From assembly GCA_031425695.1 (NCBI GenBank), contig JANPJV010000185.1:2234-66233 (forward strand): DNA of 64,000 nucleotides, given 5' to 3'. The translations under genes were made by a program, and so were the position numbers. Below, one piece after another: positions 29,608-38,600 of the stretch. This stretch comes from Rhodanobacteraceae bacterium (GTDB lineage Bacteria; Pseudomonadota; Gammaproteobacteria; Xanthomonadales; SZUA-5). Position 1 is the stretch's first letter; every line of letters begins with the position of its first letter. The notes below the pieces were generated by a model that was given only the letters and a program-made list of their open reading frames with translations, had not been told where the DNA came from and made no database searches.

Positions 29608-30159
29608 TCAAGCCTTGACGCGGCCCTGGCGCAGGACCGGCACGACCGTGACGCTCGCAGTCTCGCTCATGACCTGGATTTCGCCGTCCTGGATCAGGCA
29701 CTGCAGGGGCATACTGCGATCAATGAGGGCGCCCAGCGCTTCGGCCGTCCCTTCGGGTATTTCGATCACGCTCAAGTTCTCGCAGCGCGCGAGCGTGGCG
29801 GACATCTTGTCCCACCAGATCCCGAAGCTGCGCCCGCTGTAGCCGATCAGCACCACCTGCCGCGCGCGTCCGCAGGCCTTGCGAATGCGGGCTTCCTCGG
29901 GTTGACCGAGATAGATCCAGAGCTCGATCTCACCGGTCAGTGAGCGCGCCCAGAGATCGGCTTCATCATCGCTGGACAGCCCGCGCCCAAACTCCAGGCG
30001 TTCCTCGGCATGCAGCGCAAACGCGAGCACCCGCACCATCACCCGCGCGGCCGTCTCGGACGGATGCTGGGCAATCGTCAGCGCGTGCGTGGCGTAGTAA
30101 TGACGATCCATGTCGCTGATCGTCAGCTCAGCCTTGTAGACCGTTGCCTTGGGTGCCAT
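29608..30159 (-). CDS. yaeQ: YaeQ family protein
   Basis: MAPKATVYKAEL.ISDMDRHYY, AQHPSET..R.MVR.LAFAL, LEFGRGLSSDDE. Confidence 0.93.
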   Translation of the reverse strand: MAPKATVYKAELTISDMDRHYYATHALTIAQHPSETAARVMVRVLAFALHAEERLEFGRGLSSDDEADLWARSLTGEIELWIYLGQPEEARIRKACGRARQVVLIGYSGRSFGIWWDKMSATLARCENLSVIEIPEGTAEALGALIDRSMPLQCLIQDGEIQVMSETASVTVVPVLRQGRVKA

Positions 30160-30241
30160 GCGTGCTTGCCTCCCGGCAAAGGGGCGGCATTGTGCGGGAA
30201 TTGTCATGCGTGCGCGCCTGACGCGTCGCGTGCGACGGAAC

Positions 30242-30331
30242 GTAGGCCGCAGTGCGCGCGGCGGTTTGCGCGCTCTGCGGCGCTTGGGATCTAAAGGCGC
30301 CGCAGAGCCGCTTCGCGGCACAGCGGCCTAC
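30242..30331. repeat. REP-like doublet (GTAGGCCGC family)
   Basis: gtaggccgcagtgcgcgcggcgg ... ccgcttcgcggcacagcggcctac. Confidence 0.65.
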
Positions 30332-31491
30332 TCGAAGCCGCTCGCATGCAGCGCCTCGGCGAGCTCATACGCGCCAATGTCGATCACGCCGGTGTTCACC
30401 CGCGCCGCCCGCAAGGCCGGGTGCAGATAGACGAAGTCCGGGCTCAGCGCCTGTCCACCCACGCTCCCGGGCGCGACGCCCGCGTCGATAGCAGGCGAGC
30501 CCGGCTGTAGCCGGTAGTCGTACTGTGCCGGGGCCACGAACAGCGGGTTGGTCGCCACCAGGTTATTGCTCAGCACCGCGCCCGCCTGGTTGGTCACCGA
30601 GCCCGCGCCGAAAAAGATGTTGTTGCGCGCAACGATCGGCAATGGCGTCGCTGCAGCCACCTGCATGAAGGTGCCGGCGCCGCGGTTGTTGACGAACGTA
30701 TTGTTGATCACGAACAGGCGCGATTCCGGATGTGCGCCGCCTTCGCTCAGGTAGTCGAGCATAGCGCCATTCTGCGACGTCGCTGGCTGCTCGACCAGGT
30801 TGCCGATGACGAACGACAGTCCGCCGTTCGGCAGGTTGATTTCGTAGCTCTCGGTGCCGCCGGTCTCGCCGGTCAGGCGGTTGTAGAGGATGTGGTTCTC
30901 GCGGGCACGTGACTTGAGCAGGTGGCCGACGCGCGCGCCATGCGACCAGTTGTAGCGGAAATTCAGTCGATCGACCGCATTGACGTAGAGGTTGTGCGAC
31001 TGGCCATCGCCTGCCCCGTTGTCGGCAAATTCGCTGTATTCGATGGTGATGGTGCTGCCGGCCACGCTGTTCGCGAGGATGCCGTTCTGGTTGTTGCGGA
31101 AAAGCACGTTGCGCACGATCAGGTTGCGGCCCTCCTGGCGGATGCCGGCGCCATTGTCGTCGGGAACCGTTGCGCCGCTGAGCTCGATATTCTCGATCGT
31201 CGTGTCGTTGCCGACGATTACCCAGATCGCCTTGCCCTGTGAGCTCTGTCCGGCCGCATCGATGCGCGCACGCCCGTTGACCCCGATCAGGGTCAGCCCG
31301 TTCTTGCTCCAGGCGCAGACGTTGCCGTTGTAGCTGCCGGCCGCGTCGATGCGGATGGTGTCGCCGTCATTGGCGGCCGCAATGGCCGCACAAGGCGTCG
31401 CGAACGGCTGGCCAGGGCCGACATTGAGCACGGCGGCACCTGTGGCCAGCGCCGCCGACCACAGACCCATTCCCACCCACGCACGCAACAT
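30328..31491 (-). CDS. Secreted right-handed parallel beta-helix protein with DIGAYE (choice-of-anchor Q-like) end and EALHASGFE tail
   Basis: Signal peptide; Asn-rich beta-helix repeats (DDNGAGIR, HNLYV, GHLLKSRA, NNTFVN, ARNNIF); DYRLQPGSPAIDAG...DIGAYE. Confidence 0.88.
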   Translation of the reverse strand: MLRAWVGMGLWSAALATGAAVLNVGPGQPFATPCAAIAAANDGDTIRIDAAGSYNGNVCAWSKNGLTLIGVNGRARIDAAGQSSQGKAIWVIVGNDTTIENIELSGATVPDDNGAGIRQEGRNLIVRNVLFRNNQNGILANSVAGSTITIEYSEFADNGAGDGQSHNLYVNAVDRLNFRYNWSHGARVGHLLKSRARENHILYNRLTGETGGTESYEINLPNGGLSFVIGNLVEQPATSQNGAMLDYLSEGGAHPESRLFVINNTFVNNRGAGTFMQVAAATPLPIVARNNIFFGAGSVTNQAGAVLSNNLVATNPLFVAPAQYDYRLQPGSPAIDAGVAPGSVGGQALSPDFVYLHPALRAARVNTGVIDIGAYELAEALHASGFE

Positions 31492-31633
31492 CGAGAGCCT
31501 CCCGTCAGTTCGACCGTACCGCGACTATGCCCAGCCACAGCGTTGCTGACGTTGACGCACTGCTCACCCGGATCTTCTCATTGGTCGACTTTGCGCGGGC
31601 TGGTACCTTGTCGTAACGTTGGGGCTGCTCTGC

Positions 31634-31707
31634 GTGGGTTCGGACCTTGTCCGAACGCTTTCCCCGCAGTCGGGCAGTAAAAGCGTCCGGACAAGGTCCG
31701 GACCCAC
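31634..31707. repeat. REP doublet, family A
   Basis: gtgggttcggaccttgtccgaacgct ... agcgtccggacaaggtccggacccac. Confidence 0.9.
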
Positions 31708-31710
31708 AGG

Positions 31711-31863
31711 CACGGTCTTCCCCGTGCGCCTTCGATCAACGCCAGTGGCGATATCGCCTTCATCGCCGCCCTGCACCCGGCGGACAACAACCAGGTCGAG
31801 TGGGGCACGGGCGTGTTTGTTGCCCATGCGCAAACGACGTTGTTTGCAGACGGCTTCGAATAG
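31711..31863 (+). pseudogene. Orphan 3' gene fragment ending LFADGFE-stop
   Basis: Manual translation: HGLPRAPSINASGDIAFIAALHPADNNQVEWGTGVFVAHAQTTLFADGFE*. No start codon at its 5' end, an in-frame TAA at 31678, and it begins right after a REP. Confidence 0.75.
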
Positions 31864-31868
31864 TTTTG

Positions 31869-31948
31869 GTGGGAGAGCCATGGCTGCGATCTTTGGCTCT
31901 GCGTTCGTTGGAGGCCAGGCAACAGCTCGCAGCCCTGGCGGCTCCCAC
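31869..31948. repeat. REP doublet, family C
   Basis: gtgggagagccatggctgcga ... tcgcagccctggcggctcccac. Confidence 0.78.
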
Positions 31949-32058
31949 AAGCGCAACTGGCCGGCAAGGAGCAGCGGAGCAAGCTCCGCGCTACGAGAGC
32001 CCTGGAGTTGCCGGGATAAGGCTCCATATCGTGATGCTCGCTGCTGCGAATTCCGCCC

Positions 32059-33063
32059 ATGATTCCTCTGTCGATCCTCGATCTCGCGCCGGTCACGGAA
32101 GGCAGTGATGCGCGCCAGACCTTTGCGAACACGCTGTCGCTGGCGCGGCGCGCCGAAGCGCTCGGCTATCACCGCTACTGGCTGGCCGAACATCACAACA
32201 TGCCGGGGATCGCGAGCGCCGCGACGGCGGTGCTGATTGGCCATGTGGCGGGCGGCACGACGCGCATCCGCGTCGGTTCGGGCGGGATCATGCTGCCGAA
32301 TCACGCGCCGCTGCAGGTGGCGGAGCAATTCGGGACGCTGGGCGCTCTTTATCCCGGGCGCATCGACCTCGGCCTCGGCCGGGCGCCGGGAACTGACCAG
32401 GCGGCGACGCGCGCGCTGCGGCGCTATTACCAGGGCGCTGACGAATTTCCCGCAGACGTGGCCGAGTTGCTGCGTTATTTCGAGCCGCTGCCGACGGACG
32501 GGCGGCCATTGCCGACGGTCCGCGCAGTGCCGGGCGCAGGGATTGAGGTGGAAGCCTGGATCCTCGGCTCGAGCCTGTTCGGCGCGCAGCTCGCGGCCGC
32601 CATGGGCTTGCCGTACGCGTTCGCCTCGCACTTCGCGCCGGATGCGCTGGAACAGGCACTGGCGCTGTATCACCGCGAATTCCGGCCATCGAAACGCCTC
32701 GCCCGACCGCACGTGATGCTGGCGATGAACGTGGTCGCTGCCGACACCGATACCGAGGCACGGCGGCTATTCACCACCCAGCAGCAGGCCTTCGTGAAGT
32801 TGCGCAGGGGCACGCCCGGGCTGGTTCCGCCGCCCCTGCGCAGCGGCGACGCCCTGCGAGAGTTTGCGAGTCCCGACGAGATTGCCGGCGTCGATCGCGC
32901 ACTCAGCGTCGCGGTGGTCGGCTCGCCAGCCACCGTCCGTGCCGGCATTGCCGCCTTCCTCGAACGCCACCGCCCGGACGAGCTGATGCTGACCGCGAAC
33001 ATCTTCGACCACGCCGCGCGGGAGCGTTCGTTTGAACTGGTGATGGAGGCGCTCGAAAGCTGA
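32059..33063 (+). CDS. LLM class flavin-dependent oxidoreductase (YhbW-like)
   Basis: [61 protein letters not shown]. Confidence 0.95.
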   Translation: MIPLSILDLAPVTEGSDARQTFANTLSLARRAEALGYHRYWLAEHHNMPGIASAATAVLIGHVAGGTTRIRVGSGGIMLPNHAPLQVAEQFGTLGALYPGRIDLGLGRAPGTDQAATRALRRYYQGADEFPADVAELLRYFEPLPTDGRPLPTVRAVPGAGIEVEAWILGSSLFGAQLAAAMGLPYAFASHFAPDALEQALALYHREFRPSKRLARPHVMLAMNVVAADTDTEARRLFTTQQQAFVKLRRGTPGLVPPPLRSGDALREFASPDEIAGVDRALSVAVVGSPATVRAGIAAFLERHRPDELMLTANIFDHAARERSFELVMEALES

Positions 33064-33358
33064 GCCGGTTCCCCTGGCGATCTTCCGGACCGCCAGTAAC
33101 GTTCGCAGGTCCGAGCCGTGGATGGCTACGCAGGCAGTGCGTTCGGCGAGGGTTTCGTCACCGTCGCTGCCGGCATGTGGAGTTCGCAAGCGGATTCGAG
33201 CAGTGCGGCATTCGCGACGCGGGTGGGTCCCCACTGTGCGCCGGCGCCTTGTGTTCATCCAGCATGACTTGAGGGCTAGGGCCCGCCCCTTGGGTCGCAG
33301 GTTACTATTGCTCCATGCACTCGAGCCTGCTTGCAGCCGCCATCGCTCCGCCCGCGGA

Positions 33359-34363
33359 ATGACCAGCATTCAGCGCGGCACCTTGTTGGGCCTTGCATTC
33401 GTCGGCGCCGTCGCCGCGTTCGGCTACCTGCATTGGCCACGCGTCTCCGCAGCGGGCGCCGCGCCGGTAATTCCACGAGCGACCGTTGCGAGTGACGCAC
33501 CCGCGCCCGCGTTGGCAAGTACGGAAGCGACGAGCACGGCCGCAGTGACGCCGGCCGATTCCATCCTGCCATCTCTGCCGACTGGAGTCCGCGGTTTCCG
33601 CACCGGGCAACGAAGGTCTCATGCCGACCGCCTCGCCAGTTCCGAGGACGTGACGCTCGCCGTGCAGGAGCTCGAGCAACTGGCGAATGGCGGCGATGCG
33701 GACGCCGCCGGAACGCTGGCCGACCACCACTTTGAATGCGCGATTGCGGCCGGCTTGAGCCTTCCTGACTATGCCTACGTTTGGGATCGCTTCGCCCAGG
33801 GCGCCACGCTCGATCCAGCCACCCGTGCGCGCGCCCGGGAACAAAATGATGCGCGCCTGCAGCGTTGTGCTCCATCCGGTGAAATCGACCTGGATGCGTC
33901 AGGGGCGCTTGCCGAGGCCTGGTACCAGCGCGCCCTGATGCTCGGCGATCTCACTGCCATCGCGCGCCAATCAGGCGAGGGCATGGATCCGATTGTCGCC
34001 AATAGAATGCGCAGGGCCGCCTTGATCGAAATTCTCGAGCAAGGTGCGCCCGAGGCGCTCGCCGAGCACGCCGGTTGGCTGCCGGTATATAACCACGCGT
34101 TCACGCCGGAAGCCTATGCCATGGCCGCGTGCACGCTGATCGAAGCGTGCGCCGCCGATGTCGAGGCATACGTCACGCGCGAGTTTCCCGGGATGCAAAC
34201 GATGACCGGGGTGCCGGGCCCGCTATTGAGCCTGCGTACGTTGAGCCCGCGCGCCCGACAACTTGCGGCCGGCCAAAGCGCGGAGATCCTGCGCTATTGG
34301 CAGGCGCGCCGGTTCGAGGAAATGCTGACTCCCGAGCCGCCGCTGCCACCGCCCAAGCCATGA
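33359..34363 (+). CDS. Membrane-anchored Cys-containing helical hypothetical protein (paralog 1)
   Basis: N-terminal TM, Ala/Pro linker, paired Cys, AAC....AC motif, Pro-rich C-terminus; stop overlaps the next start. Confidence 0.72.
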   Translation: MTSIQRGTLLGLAFVGAVAAFGYLHWPRVSAAGAAPVIPRATVASDAPAPALASTEATSTAAVTPADSILPSLPTGVRGFRTGQRRSHADRLASSEDVTLAVQELEQLANGGDADAAGTLADHHFECAIAAGLSLPDYAYVWDRFAQGATLDPATRARAREQNDARLQRCAPSGEIDLDASGALAEAWYQRALMLGDLTAIARQSGEGMDPIVANRMRRAALIEILEQGAPEALAEHAGWLPVYNHAFTPEAYAMAACTLIEACAADVEAYVTREFPGMQTMTGVPGPLLSLRTLSPRARQLAAGQSAEILRYWQARRFEEMLTPEPPLPPPKP

Positions 34364-35340
34364 AGCGCCGTAACGTGATCCTCTTCGCGGCGCTGCTGGC
34401 CATTCTTGCGGCAGTGGCCGCATGGCTTCGGCCCGACTGGAGAAACCCTGGCTCGCCTGCGATTGCCCAGCGAACCGCTGCGCCAGCCGCGGTCACAAGT
34501 GCATTCGCTCTACGCGATCAATCATCGGCAGCAACGGCTGCCCAATCAGCGCCCAGCAGCGCCGCCAGTGCGTCCACTCTCCCCGCCGGCGCGCCGCCGG
34601 GCGGCACTGCTCCAGCCGCCGCGGTTGCCTCAATGACCGCCATGCAGGCGCGCGAGTTGATGCAACGCCTCCGTGCCGAGCGTGACTGTGAGCAAGCCGC
34701 CTATTCCCTCAGCGCTCACTCGGAGGCGCAGATGGAAAGAGGCACTTGGCGCTGGCTGTCGCCCGAGATGGCGGCGGCCGAACGTGCGGCAAGGCGGGTT
34801 GCGGCCGCCCGGCTGGGTCAGGGCTGCGCGCCGGTTTCCGATTCCAATAGCGCCCGGCAGATGCGCTACAAGGAGCGTGATCGCCTGGAAGCGCTCGCGA
34901 GCCGTGGCGGTGACCTCGGGGCTCGCCTCTACGCGGCCAGCCGTGGCACCCGGCTTTCTGACGCGGCCAAGGCCGACTTGCGAGGGCTGCTCTACGAAGC
35001 GCTGTTGAGCGGAGATCCCGAGCTGATCGCTCAGCTTGGGGACAGTGTCCGTGCGGTCGATTCCCGCGGCTGGGTATATGAACGGCAAGTCTGGCAACTG
35101 GTGGCGTGCGACCTTGGACGGGACTGCGGCAGCTCGAGCCGGGCGCTTGATCGAATGTGCCTGTTCACCACCTCAGGGGCTTGCGGCCAGGAGTCGCTCG
35201 AAGCGGCGCTTAGGTACACCATCGCCGAGCCGGTGTTCGACCGCATGCAACAGCGCCGCGCCGAGTTGCTCGCGCGCATCCGCAGCGGGCAGGTTGCCGG
35301 GCTCTTCGATCCAGCCCCGGTGCCGCCTCCCGGCCCTTGA
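34360..35340 (+). CDS. Membrane-anchored Cys-containing helical hypothetical protein (paralog 2)
   Basis: MKRR + TM, Ala/Ser linker, WQLVACDLGRDC...MC....GAC, Pro-rich C-terminus. Confidence 0.78.
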   Translation: MKRRNVILFAALLAILAAVAAWLRPDWRNPGSPAIAQRTAAPAAVTSAFALRDQSSAATAAQSAPSSAASASTLPAGAPPGGTAPAAAVASMTAMQARELMQRLRAERDCEQAAYSLSAHSEAQMERGTWRWLSPEMAAAERAARRVAAARLGQGCAPVSDSNSARQMRYKERDRLEALASRGGDLGARLYAASRGTRLSDAAKADLRGLLYEALLSGDPELIAQLGDSVRAVDSRGWVYERQVWQLVACDLGRDCGSSSRALDRMCLFTTSGACGQESLEAALRYTIAEPVFDRMQQRRAELLARIRSGQVAGLFDPAPVPPPGP

Positions 35341-35346
35341 TCGCAA

Positions 35347-35422
35347 GTACGCTGGGTCCGACGCGCACGCTGGCATCGATTTGACTATGTAGGCTGGGTC
35401 CGACGCGCATGCTGGCGACGAT
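35347..35422. repeat. Direct repeat pair, REP-like (GTAGGCTGGGTCCGACGCGCA)
   Basis: gtacgctgggtccgacgcgcacgctggc and gtaggctgggtccgacgcgcatgctggc. Confidence 0.7.
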
Positions 35423-35644
35423 TTTCGTACCAGCGATGCGAGCGCGCGGCGCCCGGCTGTCGCTTCGTTGCTGTCGCTACGTAGCTGGACGCGGCCGCTG
35501 GCGCGAAGGCTTGCAGTCGAAGACCTTATGTTCGCGCGCACAGAGCCACGCTACCTCAATCGGCAACGACGCCGCCCGATTGCCCTTTCTTCACGCCGCC
35601 TTCGCGCTGCTACCATCCGCACTTGCTCGTTCCCGGAAGACCGC

Positions 35645-38600
35645 ATGGAAGTCCTCGGCCTCTTTGCCGTCCTGTTCTGCCTGTACCTGCTCGTTGCGCC
35701 GCTGATTGCGTGGGTGCAGTCGAGCAACGCCAAGTCGCGGGCGGAGGAGGCGAACGCCGCTTTGCGGGCCCAGGGACTGCTGCTGAAGGATTTGCAGAAG
35801 CAGGTTGCATCGCTGCGCGAGGAGCTGCGCACCGCGGCGGGCCGCGTGGCGCCGGCGACGACGACTGAGCTCGATGAGCGCGGTGCGGTCATCGAAGTAC
35901 CAGTGCCGCCGCGTGCGGCTGCGGAGCGCACGCCCGCAACGCCGCAGCGGGTTGCAGAGCCGCGGCCAGAGGAAAAAGCAATCGCGGCTGGGGCCGCTCC
36001 CACAAAAACACCCAAGCCCAGGCCAGCCTTCGACCCGGCCGACTTCGGCGTGCCAGCCGCGGTGCCGAACGCGCCCGCGCCAGCTGCACCCGAGTTCGAC
36101 CTGATCGATTTCGTGCCGCCGCAAGTGGCGCCGCCGCCCGTATTCGATCTGCCGCAAGTGCCCGTGTGGGAAATCGCCCCGGTCGAGAGGGCCGTGCCCG
36201 CTGAGGCGGTATCGGGACCGGCGGTGTTCGAGATTGGTATCGAGCCCGCCGAAGCGAGCGCGAGCACCCAGGTTCGCAACGAGGTCGAGCAGCCGCGCGA
36301 GCGCGTGGACGAGGCGGCCCGACAAGCCGCGCCCGGGCCCAAGCCGGTGTGGACGCCGAAGCCGCCGCCCAACGTGCCGCCCGGCACGCCGCGTCCGCCG
36401 CGCCCAAGCGCGCCGCAAGCGCCGAGCGATCTGCAGCAAGGCCTCGCGGGACTGCTGACTGCGGCGAAGGGTTGGCTCTTCGGCGGCAACCTGGTCGCCA
36501 AGATCGGCCTCTTGATCCTGTTCATCGGCATCGCGTTCCTGCTGCGGCTCGCCAGCGCGCATGTCGAGGTGCCGATCGAACTGCGCCTCGCCGCGATCGC
36601 GGGCGGCGCGATCGCCCTCCTGGTGTGGGGCTGGCGGATCCGCGACCAGCGGCCCGGCATCGCCCTGCCGGTGCAGGGCGCGGCGCTCGCCATCCTGATG
36701 CTGGTCACCTTCGGCGCGTTCAAGCTCTATCACCTGATTCCGGCCGGGCCGACCTTTGCCCTGCTGCTGGTGCTGGTCGCCTTTACCTGCATCCTCGCCG
36801 TGCTGCAGGACGCCCTCTGGCTGGCGATCTTCGGCATCACCGGTGGCTTCGCCGTGCCGATCCTGCTCTCGACCGGCGGCGGTTCGCACATTGCGCTGTT
36901 CAGCTACTACGCGCTGCTCAACGCCGGCATCCTGGCGATTGCCCTGCGCCGCTCGTGGCGCGTGCTCAACGTGCTCGGTTTCCTGTTCACCTTCATCATC
37001 GGCACCGCCTGGGGCACGCGCAGCTACGCGCCAGAGCATTACCAGAGCACCCAGGCCTTCCTGGTCCTGTTCCTGCTCTTCTACATCGCGATCGCGGTGA
37101 TCTACGCCTGGCGCGAGGCACCGCGCCTCAAATCCTACGTCGACGGCACGCTGGTCTTCGGCGTGCCCACCGTCGCGATGGGCCTGCAGTACGGCCTGGT
37201 CAAGGACATGCACCTCGGCATGGCCTTTTCCGCGGTCGCGCTCGGGATGCTCTATGCCGCCATCGCGAGCGTGTTGTGGCGAATCAAGCGCGACAACCTG
37301 CGGCTGCTGGTCGAGTCCTTCTTCGCGCTTGCGGTGGTGTTTGGCACGCTCGCCATTCCGCTCGCCTTCGATGGGCGCTGGACCTCGGCGGCGTGGGCAT
37401 TGGAAGGTGCCGGAATCATCTGGATCGGCCTGCGGCAGCGGCAGCCACTGGTGTGGCGCTTCGGCATGCTGGTGCAGATCGGCTCCTGGTTCGCGTTCCT
37501 GCGCACATTGATCGGGTTCGATCCGATCTCGGCGCTCGCCAACAACGTGGGCCTGGGCTTCCTGCTGCTCGGGGCCACGGGCGTGTTCCTGGCACTGACC
37601 TTCCGCCAGCACGTCCTCGGTGGCGACGACAGCGAACGCCAGGAGCGGGCGCGCTTCGGCGGCTACGCGGGCGTCTTCATGTGCATTGCCGTGGTCTGGC
37701 TGCTGTCCGGCATGTGGGTGGAAATCTGGCTGCGCACCCGCGGCGTCGACCGCGCCACGCTGTATGTGCTGACCGCACTGCTGCTGGTCTACGGCTTGCA
37801 GTTCATCGGCCGGCGCTCGCGCTGGACGGTGCCCGACAAGCTCGGTGGGTGGGTCACGGCAATCGCCGGCGTGACCTTCCTGGGGCTGATGGGCCGCTAC
37901 ATGGATTGGCACGACGTCGATGTGTACGCGCAGACCACGTTTGCCGAAGTGCTCGGGCAGGGCAGCTTCTTCGGTGGCCTGCTGCTGAGTGCCGGCGCGC
38001 TGGTCTCGGCCTTTGCGTTCAAGCGTCGCGTGGTCGATCTCGAAAAGGAGGTCCTGGACACTGCCAGCGCGGTGCGCTCGTCGGGCCTGTGGTATTCGCT
38101 GGCCATGTTCTGGTGGTGCGGATTCGCCCTGCATGGGCTTGCCCATGCGGTGTCCTGGCTGACCACGCCTGCCGCCGGCGAAGTCGCGCCCTGGTATCAA
38201 ATCTCGTTCTGGGCGGCGTACACGGTCGGTCTGGCATTGAGTGCCTGGGCGTGGACCTGGCTCGCCGAACGCCAGGGTTTCGCGCATGCGCGCAAGCTGG
38301 TCCTGGTGTTCTGGCCACTCGCCAGTGCGATCGCTGCCTGGGTGTTCATCGTCCACGCGGCCGATCACAACGCCGCCGACCACCTGCTCGACTTCAACTG
38401 GAACAACGCGCTGGCGGACGCGAGCCTCGGCGCGCTCATGCGCGATTGGCTCGGTGGCCCGCTTTCCGGCGCGCTGATCCTGATCGCGCTGGCCTGGGCT
38501 GGCGTGCTGCGCTCAGGCCTCGCGCGCGGACGCATCGAGCTCGCCGATGACGAGCGTGCGCGCAGTCTGGGCATCTGGCTGTCGGGCCTCGGCATCTGCT

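Noticed and set aside
35517-35545. VEDLMFARTE upstream of DUF2339 resembling the tag
   Set aside because: Lacks the GFE core and has no supporting context.
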